A stretch of DNA of 64,000 nt, from contig CAWIXE010000001.1 of assembly GCA_963840035.1 (NCBI GenBank), positions 160,001 through 224,000 of the forward strand. Direction: 5' to 3'. Origin of the DNA: a candidate division FCPU426 bacterium. Its GTDB lineage: Bacteria > Oederibacteriota > PGYV01 > Palsa-1178. Below are positions 29,108-38,588 of this stretch, piece by piece (the first letter of the stretch is position 1; the number at the start of each line of letters is the position of its first letter). A program made the position numbers and the translations under genes. The notes under the pieces are model-generated. The model was given only the letters and a program-made list of their open reading frames with translations, did not search any database and was not told the origin of the DNA.

Positions 29108-31262
29108 TGTGTTCCCTCCTGCTTTTTTTTGGCAGGAGCAGGTGCGCGGAGGTTCCGTTGCCCGGCTGGCTTTCGAGCCGGATGGACCCGCCGTGGCCGT
29201 TGATGATATTCCTGCATACGGCAAGCCCCAGCCCGGTGCCTTTTGTCCTGGTAGTAAAAAATGGCTCAAAGGCCTTTTCCAGGCTGGCGCTGTCCATGCC
29301 GCACCCGTTGTCGCTTACCGTTATCATGATGTTCCCGTCTGTTTCGCTCCCGGATATGCGGATGCGCCCGCCTTCCTCAGGCACTGCCTCAAGGGCGTTT
29401 ACCAGCAGGTTGTTGAATACCTCACCCAGCTGTATGCGGTCGGCTTCCATGACAGTATCTTTCAGCGCTTCGTAATCCAGTTCCATGGCCGTCCCTTTTT
29501 TCAGCCTTGGTTTTATGTCTTCCGCGGATTCAGCCAGCGCCGCGTAAACAGGCACCTTCTCCAAAGCCGGCGGTTTTATGCGGGAGTAAAATAGCAGGTT
29601 ATTGATTATGTGCTCGCTGTCCTTGACTTTTTTTTGAATGCTCTCCATGTGGCTGTCCAGCGCCGGGTTGTCAGCCTTTCTTTTTAAATTATGCGCCGCC
29701 ATGCTTATGGTGGCCAGCGGGTTCCTCAGCTCGTGCGCCACGGTGGAGGCCAGCGCGCCTATGTCTGAGAGCCTTTTTCCCCTCTCCACCTCGGATTGAA
29801 CCTCGAGCAGCTGTGCCGTGCGCTCCCTGACGCGCTTCTCAAGCTCGTCATGAGCCTTTTTAAGCTCCGTTTCCGCCTTTGCCCTGATTTCCATCGATTC
29901 ATTGAGCTCCTCGTTCATGGTGGTAAGCTCCTCATTCATGGCTGTGAGCTCTTCGTTCGCGGATTTTATTTTTTCCCGCGCTGCCGCCATTTCCGTGATG
30001 TCGTGCACCATGCCCGTGGAGCGTATGATGCCGCCGTCCGCGTCCGTTAAGTGTTCGCACTTCTCGTGCACCACCCGCACCTCTCCGGTGTCCCTGCGCA
30101 CCACCCTGTGCTCTATCTCGTACCCTCCGCTGCCGTCCTTGAGCGATTGCGCGTAGGCATTATTCACCATTTCCCTGTCCTGCGGATGTGTGTACTCCAA
30201 GAATGCCGCGTAAGTTGCCCCGAACTCCTGCGGCTTTAACCCGAATATATTGTAAACCTCGTCGGACCATAAAAGCTTATGCGAGACAAGGTCCAGTTCC
30301 CAGCTGCCCAGGTGCGCCACTTTTTGCGCCTGCGCGAGCATGGCCTCGGCCTCCCTGCGCTGCGCGTCCGCATTGTTGATGGCCCCGGCGTTTAACCACA
30401 ACAGGGCCAGGAAACATATCGTGTATGTCATGGCGACAAGTATTACGCCGACCTCGGAGGTGAACAGCTCGATGCGCTCTCCGGATAGCCTGAACCAGCC
30501 TATGACGACCGGCAGCGCCATGAGCCAAGGCAGCATCCTGCGCGTCATGATGCTTCCGAAATTATTCCCGGAAAATACCGACATAAAACGTGTGGACGGG
30601 TTGAGCATGAATACGGATATGCCCATGGCGCAAAAGCAGACCCCTGTATTAAAGGCTATGCGCACTTTCAGGAACTCATGCGTGGATTCGACCCCGAGGA
30701 TATAGCTTATGGCCACGAAATAACCCGCCAGAAAGGCGGGCATGGCAAGAAAATGTGAAACATCGGGCAATATGCCGCCCTCTGAGACGGACCTTAAGGC
30801 CGCTGAAAAGATGATGATAATGACAGCGGTGAACATGTTGACGGACGTGGCCGTATGCCATATGTAATCCGCGGCCGGTGAGGCCGAGGTAATAGCCGGC
30901 TCGCCGGATGTGATCTTTACGAAATAGACGGCTATTACGGCAGCGCCGATGGCTGCCGTGGCATAGACAGGGAGATAAAAGCCGGCGGGTCTTGGTTTTT
31001 TTACGTCATGGAAAATCATGAAAATCAGCTGCATGGAAAAAATGACAAAACAAACCCCTGCCACATCGCTCATGTCCTGCCAGCCCGGCATGACGCTTTT
31101 TAACACCTTTATGTCAAAAACCCAGCCGGCAAGGTCAAGCATGCCCGCGGTAAAAACAAGGAGAGCGCAGAAAAAGACCGCCAGATCCGACGGCGCAAGG
31201 CTGCGTATGCGCCCGTACAATATGGAAAATGTCACCCTGTCATTACCGCGTATCCGGCCCAA
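29100..31262 (-). CDS. Multi-TM PAS/PAC sensor histidine kinase
   Basis: About 8 TM segments, PAS (LGSWELDL...THPQD), NEEL coiled coil, H-box VAHELRNPL, N/G boxes NLLVNA, DNGCGM, GTGLGL. Confidence 0.93.
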   Translation of the reverse strand: MGRIRGNDRVTFSILYGRIRSLAPSDLAVFFCALLVFTAGMLDLAGWVFDIKVLKSVMPGWQDMSDVAGVCFVIFSMQLIFMIFHDVKKPRPAGFYLPVYATAAIGAAVIAVYFVKITSGEPAITSASPAADYIWHTATSVNMFTAVIIIIFSAALRSVSEGGILPDVSHFLAMPAFLAGYFVAISYILGVESTHEFLKVRIAFNTGVCFCAMGISVFMLNPSTRFMSVFSGNNFGSIMTRRMLPWLMALPVVIGWFRLSGERIELFTSEVGVILVAMTYTICFLALLWLNAGAINNADAQRREAEAMLAQAQKVAHLGSWELDLVSHKLLWSDEVYNIFGLKPQEFGATYAAFLEYTHPQDREMVNNAYAQSLKDGSGGYEIEHRVVRRDTGEVRVVHEKCEHLTDADGGIIRSTGMVHDITEMAAAREKIKSANEELTAMNEELTTMNEELNESMEIRAKAETELKKAHDELEKRVRERTAQLLEVQSEVERGKRLSDIGALASTVAHELRNPLATISMAAHNLKRKADNPALDSHMESIQKKVKDSEHIINNLLFYSRIKPPALEKVPVYAALAESAEDIKPRLKKGTAMELDYEALKDTVMEADRIQLGEVFNNLLVNALEAVPEEGGRIRISGSETDGNIMITVSDNGCGMDSASLEKAFEPFFTTRTKGTGLGLAVCRNIINGHGGSIRLESQPGNGTSAHLLLPKKSRREHIV

Positions 31263-31369
31263 GACTGCCTCCTGATGCTTTTTGTGGCGTGCACGCCAGT
31301 AAATACATTTTATTTAATTTTTAATCCCGTGTCAATGGGGTTTTATCGCGGCATCCCTGTTTTTATAAT

Positions 31370-31403
31370 GCAGCGGGGGCCGGCTTACGCCGGCCCCCGC
31401 TGC
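31370..31403. terminator. GC-rich hairpin downstream of 31441
   Basis: gcagcgggggccggc-ttac-gccggcccccgctgc. Weak U-tract. Confidence 0.55.
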
Positions 31404-31440
31404 GGCCCTTAATTGCCATCAGGCAATTATTGCTTCGTGC

Positions 31441-31872
31441 TTATTTCGCCATTATCTTCTTTATAACCAGTATTATGGTGACCGCCAGCAGTATGATAAG
31501 AAGCGACCAGATAACCGTGAGGAATCCGAAGATCACTCCTATCTTTTTCTGCATGTGGCGCATCATCTCCGGGTTCATCATCATGCCGTGCATGCCGTCC
31601 ATTTCCATTTTGCCTGACTTCATGGCCTCGCGCATCTTTTCCATCTCTTTGGCCTGTTCCTGTATTTCCTTTACTTCCTTCGCGTCCTTTGAGGTGACCA
31701 TGATCTTTACGCCGTCGGCCGTATTCTCCATCTTCACGTCCGCGTTTGCCCACATCATGCCGCCCTGCATCCCGTCCTTCATCATGCCGCCCTTTTCCAT
31801 GCCCGCGTTCGCGAAAATCCCCGCCGCCAATACAATCGCAAGTACACTTGCCAGTGCCAGAATCTTTTTCAT
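31441..31872 (-). CDS. Met-rich exported protein with C-terminal TM helix
   Basis: Signal peptide, GGMMKDGMQGGMM, MHGMMM, C-terminal hydrophobic helix. Confidence 0.7.
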   Translation of the reverse strand: MKKILALASVLAIVLAAGIFANAGMEKGGMMKDGMQGGMMWANADVKMENTADGVKIMVTSKDAKEVKEIQEQAKEMEKMREAMKSGKMEMDGMHGMMMNPEMMRHMQKKIGVIFGFLTVIWSLLIILLAVTIILVIKKIMAK

Positions 31873-32119
31873 GCTGCCTCCCTTTTTTTCCGCGCTTTAA
31901 GGGCGCGGTCGTTAAAAATAATTCAGGAATAGTAATCCGGTGTTTTGTCGGTCGGGTTGTCATGAGCGCCGTTTTTTAGGGTGTCCGGAACGGCTGCTTA
32001 AACTTCTGTTGGTCCCTGACAAAGAAATACCACATGCCGCTTAAAAAGTCAAATCGCCGGTAAGATATTAAAAAAGCGGCGCATGATCCGCGCCCGATTG
32101 CGGGCAAATAAAAAAACCG

Positions 32120-32321
32120 GATATTGTCAAGAATTGTGTGTAAATTGTTTTGTTCGTTTTTCCCTCTCCCCTTGGGAGAGGGTAGGGTGAGGGGAATAAG
32201 ACAATTGGTTTCACCTCACCCCAGCCCCTCTCCTAAGAGGAGAGGGGGGAGCAGTGGTAGAAGAAAATTAACACGTTTAATATAAGCAAATATGAATTTA
32301 CACACGATTATATACAATAAC
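32120..32321. mobile_element. 202-bp MITE, copy 2 (inverted relative to copy 1)
   Basis: Reverse complement of 1285-1486 with few mismatches. 8-bp direct repeat aaaaaccg at 32112-32119 and 32322-32329. Confidence 0.9.
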
Positions 32322-32443
32322 AAAAACCGGATTTCTTGCGTTTTCATATTTTATGATGTAATATTACTGCTGTAAGGGACGCCTAAAACTTCCAGCCTCC
32401 GGCCGCGGCCATTTTGTCCCTATCCTAATTATCGGGGGTTATC

Positions 32444-33307
32444 ATGGAACAAAACGCAAAGACAGTGCTCGTATTGGGCGCCACCGGGCACCAGGGCGGC
32501 GCTGTGGCGCGGGAATTATTGTCAAAAGGCTTCAGGGTAAAGGCGGTCACGCGCAAGCCGGGCTCTGATGCGGCCAGGGAGCTTTCAAAACTCGGCGCGC
32601 ACGTTGTCAACGCCGACATTTCAAACTCGATGACCATGAGCGAAGCTCTGGCCGGCGCATGGGGCGTCTTCGCGGCCTTTACCATGGCTGAATCCGGTGT
32701 ACAGTGGGAAAAGGAACAGGGCATAAAGTTTGCCGAGGACGCGAAAAAAGAGGGGGTTGAGCACTTCGTCTACTCCTCAGTCTCCTCCGCCGACAAGGCC
32801 ACCGGAATACCTCATTTTGAGTCCAAGCGCGCCATTGAGGAAAAAGTAAAACGCCTCCGGTTCTCCTTTACCACCATCATAAGGCCTGTCTCCTTCATGG
32901 AAAACATCCTCTCCCCGATGTCCCTTCCCGCTCTGAAAAAAGGAATGCTCATGATGGGGATAGACACCGCAAGGAAGCAGCAGGTAATCTCGGTGGAGGA
33001 CATAGGAAAATTCGGCGCGCTCCCTTTCCTGGAGCCCGGAAAAACAAACCGCCGGGAAATAGACATAGCCGGCGACGAGCTCTCGCCCGATGAGATGGCT
33101 GGAATATTATCGAAGATAAAAGGAAAACCCATAAAGGCAGTGCCCGTACACATAGAAGAAATCAGGAAAGCCATGCCGGACTTTGCCATGATGATGGAGT
33201 GGATAAATAGTACTGGCTACAGCGTGGACATAAAGGCGTTAACGGAGGAATACGGCATCAAACCCTTAACGTTTGAGGAATGGGCTTTAAAGACAATTGT
33301 CAATTGA
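32444..33307 (+). CDS. NmrA/HSCARG-family NAD(P)-binding protein
   Basis: VLGATGHQGG, VEHFVYSSV, PHFESK, IRPVSFMEN. Confidence 0.92.
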   Translation: MEQNAKTVLVLGATGHQGGAVARELLSKGFRVKAVTRKPGSDAARELSKLGAHVVNADISNSMTMSEALAGAWGVFAAFTMAESGVQWEKEQGIKFAEDAKKEGVEHFVYSSVSSADKATGIPHFESKRAIEEKVKRLRFSFTTIIRPVSFMENILSPMSLPALKKGMLMMGIDTARKQQVISVEDIGKFGALPFLEPGKTNRREIDIAGDELSPDEMAGILSKIKGKPIKAVPVHIEEIRKAMPDFAMMMEWINSTGYSVDIKALTEEYGIKPLTFEEWALKTIVN

Positions 33308-33315
33308 CAACAGCT

Positions 33316-34425
33316 TTAAGGCCCTAAAAATATATCGTCCACAAACCACCCGGGGAATCCGTTATTATACCTGTCCACCGTGTCAAAGACAAACCTGAAA
33401 CGCGCGTTTAAGCCTTCGAACTGCGGCGGGATTGGGATGGCCGCGTTGTACCATACCTGTTCTGTCCCGAAAAGTTCCGTTAACTGCGCCCAGTTTGGCG
33501 AGCCTTCGGCTGATATGAATATTTTTCTTGTGTCGTATCCGGCGAGGTTTTCAGTGTGCTCATAGCTCCAGAAATAAAGTTTATCCCCTGTGTTTATGTG
33601 GAAGTAGGCTGTGATAAACTCCCCCCTGTTTGCCGCGCCCGTGTCATATGTCCCTTTCGCTCCATCCGCGTACCACATCATCGTGGCTGACACTCCCGCG
33701 TTCGCGTATCCGGCTGGGACGTTTAAGTCAGTGTCATTTACGGCGTGCCACAGGTCCGCGCCAAGGTTTGGAAGCGGCGTGACCGTGGATGTGGGTGTGG
33801 CTGTGACATACATGGTTTCCGTGAATGTGGGGGTTATGGTTTCTATGGGCGTGTCCGTGACATAGGGCGAGGCAGTATGTGTCATGGTTATGGTCGGGGA
33901 AGCGGTCGGCGTATAAGGGGCTCCCTGCCTGACGCTTATTTTGTAGCCTGTCTTTTCCCCGTAAATCCTTTTGCAGTCATACTGCTGCACGCGCACGAAA
34001 TAAACGCCGTCAGCCGGGCATACCCAGATAATCCTGCTGGCCCGCGCTTCAGTGCCGCCGTCATCGTCGGTAATAATCACATTAACCCCGCCCGTGTCGA
34101 TTAAGTACATGTATGTGTCTGCCCCGGACTCGAGGTTCGTGGTTTCTATGTCGTACTGCATGTCAGCGGCCGCGGTAAATGTGACATAGTCATAATCGCA
34201 TGGGTCGTAGAGGTTGTGGTATTGTTTTGTCCCGTCAACGGAAATGGCCTTGGCGGCCGCAGGGTTATTATCCGGCTCAAACAAATCAGGCGTGGCAATA
34301 ACGCCGGGAATTAAGGGGGTTGAAGGCGATTTTTGTTTGCACCCGTCAGCTGCCGCGAGTATAAAAAACGCGGCCAGCGCCATAAGCCATATGTTAAATT
34401 TTAAAGGTGTGTGTTTAAGATTCAT
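33316..34425 (-). CDS. Lipoprotein: PPC-like domain, Thr/Pro linker, C-terminal beta-sandwich
   Basis: ADGC lipobox, DLFEPDN, DYDYVTF, ADTYMYL..DDDGG, RFRFVFDT..GWFVDDI. Confidence 0.7.
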   Translation of the reverse strand: MNLKHTPLKFNIWLMALAAFFILAAADGCKQKSPSTPLIPGVIATPDLFEPDNNPAAAKAISVDGTKQYHNLYDPCDYDYVTFTAAADMQYDIETTNLESGADTYMYLIDTGGVNVIITDDDGGTEARASRIIWVCPADGVYFVRVQQYDCKRIYGEKTGYKISVRQGAPYTPTASPTITMTHTASPYVTDTPIETITPTFTETMYVTATPTSTVTPLPNLGADLWHAVNDTDLNVPAGYANAGVSATMMWYADGAKGTYDTGAANRGEFITAYFHINTGDKLYFWSYEHTENLAGYDTRKIFISAEGSPNWAQLTELFGTEQVWYNAAIPIPPQFEGLNARFRFVFDTVDRYNNGFPGWFVDDIFLGP

Positions 34426-34573
34426 AAGGTTTGTTTGCAGTATTGTTTTCTACGCCGGTAGCCGCAACCTTCAGGTTGCGTAAGGCAGGCTTTGCACTGC
34501 CAGCCGTTATGGACAACAAAGAAGAAAATCCATCCCTGCGCAGCCTAAAGGCTGCGGCTACCAATGCCAACTT

Positions 34574-35161
34574 TTATTTCGCCGGGGGAGGCGGGCAGAA
34601 GATACCCGCTTCCGGGGAATTCAGAACGACAGTCTCTCCGTCGTCTTTTGTTATGATAACGTGCGTCTGGTCCAACCCTGAGCATGTTTCCATGGGCGGC
34701 GTATATGTCCACTCCATGGATTTTGAGCAGCCCGCTTTTATATCCACTGACCACTGCGCGTCCGCGTCGCCGGGTAAAGGCTCTCCCTTTGTGAATTCAG
34801 CTTCGCGCGGGTAAGGATACCACCACCTCTCGCATACGCCTGATTCATAATACTCATGGACAGCCTTAACAGTCAGCCCGTTAAAATCAGAGTGCGAAGT
34901 ATTTTTTATGGTAAGTTTGCATGTCAAAGGCATGTTTATGTAATACCCCGGATATCCTTCCTCTGTATAAAAGAAAGGGTCAAAGTAGGTCACAGTAACT
35001 TTTAAAGCTGATAAAGTCTTGCCCGTGCCGCCGCCGTCATCGCTGCAATCCAGTGTAACAGCCCCCGACTCAGAAGGCCCGGCAAAGCGCGTCTTGGTGC
35101 AGCCAAAGGCGAATAATAAGGCAATAACAAGGAAAGAGATTAAAACCAGTTTTTTATGCAT
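34574..35161 (-). CDS. Putative lipoprotein
   Basis: AFGC lipobox after a hydrophobic stretch. Confidence 0.65.
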   Translation of the reverse strand: MHKKLVLISFLVIALLFAFGCTKTRFAGPSESGAVTLDCSDDGGGTGKTLSALKVTVTYFDPFFYTEEGYPGYYINMPLTCKLTIKNTSHSDFNGLTVKAVHEYYESGVCERWWYPYPREAEFTKGEPLPGDADAQWSVDIKAGCSKSMEWTYTPPMETCSGLDQTHVIITKDDGETVVLNSPEAGIFCPPPPAK

Positions 35162-35302
35162 GTCCAAAAACCCCCGTTTATTTGATAATAATTGGACAAA
35201 TAAAAGGTGAAAAAGTTTCATTTATTTGCCGTAATGTAATGATATAACACGTTTTTGCCTAAGTCAAGTTGAAAGCTCTGTCAATATGATATTTTGACTT
35301 TC

Positions 35303-35531
35303 GTAGTCGCAGGCCTGCGTCCCACCGGCATATGTCATGAGCTCAATAATATTCTCATGCCATATACTTGTCGAATGGCCTGCGCCTACATAAGGCATTC
35401 CCAACCTCAAACCTCCGACAGCCCCTCGAGGGTGTCAATGGTAAGCCCGCAGGCAATCTTCAAATAGGCGCACCCCGGTGAAACGAATCCGTCTTCGCTA
35501 AAGCTATGACGGACATATGGGGGTGCGACTA
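35303..35531. repeat. Composite dispersed repeat, copy A
   Basis: gtagtcgcaggc...ctgcgccta...cctcgagg...ataggcgcacccc...ggggtgcgacta. Carries both optional inserts. Confidence 0.9.
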
Positions 35532-35539
35532 AAAAACCA

Positions 35540-35884
35540 TTACCCGAAATAGGCGTGGCCAGCTGTGAGCAGGGTTATTATCAGGAATATTGACAGCGCG
35601 GCGAGGGTTTCGCGGCTTAAGCCCGTTAATTTAAGGGCCCCTTTTTTAATGTGGCTGATTAACGTCTGCCAGTTGTATTTTATGTGCAGGACCGCTGTTA
35701 TGAGGAATAATACCGCGAATATGTTGTGGGCGCCCATCCACAGGTGGATGCCGAAAGCGTCGGAGGTTTCCCTGGCCTTGTGCATGAAAAGCCCTGTGAA
35801 CGGAAGTGTTAAGAACGCGAACGCCGATAGTATGGATATGAATCCCCTTTTGTTAAAAACTGTTTTAACCGAATTATTTTCCAT
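35540..35884 (-). CDS. DUF4405-type membrane protein
   Basis: TGL...AHNIFAVLFLITAVLHIKYNWQTL motif. Confidence 0.75.
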   Translation of the reverse strand: MENNSVKTVFNKRGFISILSAFAFLTLPFTGLFMHKARETSDAFGIHLWMGAHNIFAVLFLITAVLHIKYNWQTLISHIKKGALKLTGLSRETLAALSIFLIITLLTAGHAYFG

Positions 35885-36356
35885 TTTTGCCTCCCCGGCC
35901 GTATTTCATGAATTCGTCCCTTACTTTCCGGAGCACCTTAACAGCTGTCATGATATCGGCCTTACCTAGGCCGCGCTCAAGTTTTTTTTCAAAATCATGC
36001 ACCTGCGAATGCGCAGCCTTAAGCCTGGCCATACCGGCCGCGGTCAAAGTCAGCCTCGACTCCCGCCTGTCCGCCCCTTTTTTGCGCGCTACATACCCGG
36101 CCTTCTCAAGTTTCTGCACCATCCTGGTAACCGCTGCCGCGTCAATGCCCAGCTGCAAAGCAATCCCCATAACCCCTGCCTGGCCATAACCGGAAGCGGC
36201 GATGGCGCGCAGCACCACAAGCGAAGACCCGGAAATACCGAAATTCCCGCCGAAGGTTTGTATGATTTTTTGCGTGGTGAGCATGAGTTCCTTCATAAGG
36301 TGGGTTTCATTGCCGCTGTGGCGGAAAGCCGGCTTTATGTCATGTTTTTTTGCCAT
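35874..36356 (-). CDS. MarR-family transcriptional regulator
   Basis: IALQLGIDAAAVTRMVQKLEKAGYV, DRRESRLTLTAAG. Confidence 0.9.
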   Translation of the reverse strand: MAKKHDIKPAFRHSGNETHLMKELMLTTQKIIQTFGGNFGISGSSLVVLRAIAASGYGQAGVMGIALQLGIDAAAVTRMVQKLEKAGYVARKKGADRRESRLTLTAAGMARLKAAHSQVHDFEKKLERGLGKADIMTAVKVLRKVRDEFMKYGRGGKNGK

Positions 36357-36369
36357 GCGAAAACTATAT

Positions 36370-36400
36370 CAATAATACTTGACTATGTCAAGTATTATTG
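36370..36400. promoter_or_regulatory. Probable MarR operator
   Basis: Perfect inverted repeat caataatacttgac-tat-gtcaagtattattg immediately upstream of marR. Confidence 0.75.
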
Positions 36401-36424
36401 CCGGCCGCGGATGGAGCTGCATAG

Positions 36425-37822
36425 GTGGCGTCTCTACGGTTTTTGGTTAGAATTGTAATTCGTAGAGACGGGACCCGTGCCCGTCTCAATGCAGGACCCT
36501 GCCCTGAGACGCCCACGAGGGGCGTCTCTACGGTGTTTTGTTTGGTAAGAATTGTATTTCGTAGAGACGGGCCTCGTGCCCGTCTCAGCCAAGCCCTGCA
36601 CTGAGACGCCCACGAGGGGCGTCTCTACGATGTTTTGGTAAGGATTGTAATTCGTAGAGACGGGCCTCGTGCCCGTCTCAATGCAGGACCCTGCCCTGAG
36701 ACGCCCACGAGGGGCGTCTCTACGGTGTTTTGTTTGGTAAGAATTGTATTTCGTAGAGACGGGCCTCGTGCCCGTCTCAATGCAGGCCCTGCCCTGAGAC
36801 GCCCACGAGGGGCGTCTCTACGGTGTTTTGTTTGGTAAGAATTGTATTTCGTAGAGACGGGCCTCGTGCCCGTCTCAGCCAAGCCCTGCACTGAGACGCC
36901 CACGAGGGGCGTCTCTACGATGTTTTGGTAAGGATTGTAATTCGTAGAGACGGGCCTCGTGCCCGTCTCAATGCAGGACCCTGCCCTGAGACGCCCACGA
37001 GGGGCGTCTCTACGGTGTTTTGTTTGGTAAGAATTGTATTTCGTAGAGACGGGCCTCGTGCCCGTCTCAATGCAGGGCCTGCCCTGAGACGCCCACAGGT
37101 GGCGTCTCTACGGTGTTTTGTTTGGTAAGAATTGTATTTCGTAGAGACGGGCCTCGTGCCCGTCTCAATGCAGGCCCTGCCCTGAGACGCCCACGAGGGG
37201 CGTCTCTACGGTGTTTTGTTTGGTAAGAATTGTATTTCGTAGAGACGGGCCTCGTGCCCGTCTCAATGCAGGCCCTGCCCTGAGACGCCCACGAGGGGCG
37301 TCTCTACGGTGTTTTGTTTGGTAAGAATTGTATTTCGTAGAGACGGGCCTCGTGCCCGTCTCAGCCAAGCCCTGCACTGAGACGCCCACGAGGGGCGTCT
37401 CTACGATGTTTTGGTAAGGATTGTAATTCGTAGAGACGGGCCTCGTGCCCGTCTCAATGCAGGACCCTGCCCTGAGACGCCCACGAGGGGCGTCTCTACG
37501 GTGTTTTGTTTGGTAAGAATTGTAATTCGTAGAGACGGGCCTCGTGCCCGTCTCAATGCAGGGCCTGCCCTGAGACGCCCACAGGTGGCGTCTCTACGGT
37601 GTTTTGTTTGGTAAGAATTGTATTTCGTAGAGACGGGCCTCGTGCCCGTCTCAATGCAGGCCCTGCCCTGAGACGCCCACGAGGGGCGTCTCTACGGTGT
37701 TTTGTTTGGTAAGAATTGTATTTCGTAGAGACGGGCCTCGTGCCCGTCTCAGCCGGGCCCTGCCCTGAGACGCCCACGAGCCGTGCCATGAACCCTTGTG
37801 TTTCATGGGGGCGTCTCTACGG
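36425..37822. repeat. Tandem array of 14 REP-doublet units (93-99 bp)
   Basis: cgtagagacggg starts at 36461, 36560, 36653, 36752, 36850, 36943, 37042, 37140, 37238, 37336, 37429, 37528, 37626, 37724. Confidence 0.95.
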
Positions 37823-37874
37823 TTTTATTTTTGGCAAGGAACGAAGGGGCGCGGCTGCAAAAACACTGCCGGCA

Positions 37875-38306
37875 TTAATACCTACCCTTCACCTTCACAT
37901 GTTCCAGAATCCCGTTCTTCCCCGCCTCGCCTTCATATATCCTGAAAACCATGTCAAATCCCTCAAATTTCAAATTAACGCACCTGAAGAAAAAATATGT
38001 CCCCATTTCCGCCGTAATGTTTTTCCACGGGATGAATAGCGGTTTATGGAAAGGCCGGAAAATAAAGAACAGGGATAAATACAGCCCTTCGCTGTCGGTT
38101 GATATCATCACGCAGGTGTTATAGTGCGCCATACCCACGCCAAGGAATGAAAGCAGTTTTGTCCTTCCTGTGCTGTGCTTATCCCCGGGCCTGGCGTATT
38201 TTTCCGCCAGCGCCATCCACCCGAATACAAGCGCGGTAAGGTAAAGCGCCAGGAACCACATGGGGATGAAAAGAAAGGGTATAAACAACGCTAACTTTTC
38301 CGGCAT
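37875..38306 (-). CDS. Hypothetical membrane protein
   Basis: N-terminal TM segment. GW..LAEKY and GLYLS...FHKPLFIPW pattern. Confidence 0.7.
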   Translation of the reverse strand: MPEKLALFIPFLFIPMWFLALYLTALVFGWMALAEKYARPGDKHSTGRTKLLSFLGVGMAHYNTCVMISTDSEGLYLSLFFIFRPFHKPLFIPWKNITAEMGTYFFFRCVNLKFEGFDMVFRIYEGEAGKNGILEHVKVKGRY

Positions 38307-38444
38307 GTGTTCTCCTTTTTATAACAAATTTCGGCCGTTATGTCCGCGCGCAAGCGTCAGCTTCCGCGTACTTGTTTATGTTTGCCATCATCATGCCCTG
38401 CAGAAACTCATCCGCCACATGGATAAAAAGCCAGCGATGGCGTG

Positions 38445-38541
38445 TCCATGGTTTGCCCGCAGGCAGTCCGTGAATAGGCGCACCCCGGTGAAGCGAATCC
38501 GTCTCCGCAAAAGCTTTGACGGACATAGGGGGTGCGACTAC
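38445..38541. repeat. Composite dispersed repeat, copy B (right half)
   Basis: atggtttgcccgcaggcagtccgtgaataggcgcacccc...ggggtgcgactac. Confidence 0.85.
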
Positions 38542-38588
38542 GAGATCGTCAAATATTTAATCATGACCCGTTTTTATTCTTTAGTCCC

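Noticed and set aside
28677..29594. 305-aa plus-strand ORF and other long antisense ORFs (7122-7832, 42017-42685, 44668-45330)
   Set aside because: They are shadows of well-supported genes on the opposite strand and have no recognisable motifs.
36425..37822. CRISPR array
   Set aside because: The intervening segments are near-identical rather than unique spacers, the units are REP doublets, and no cas genes are present.
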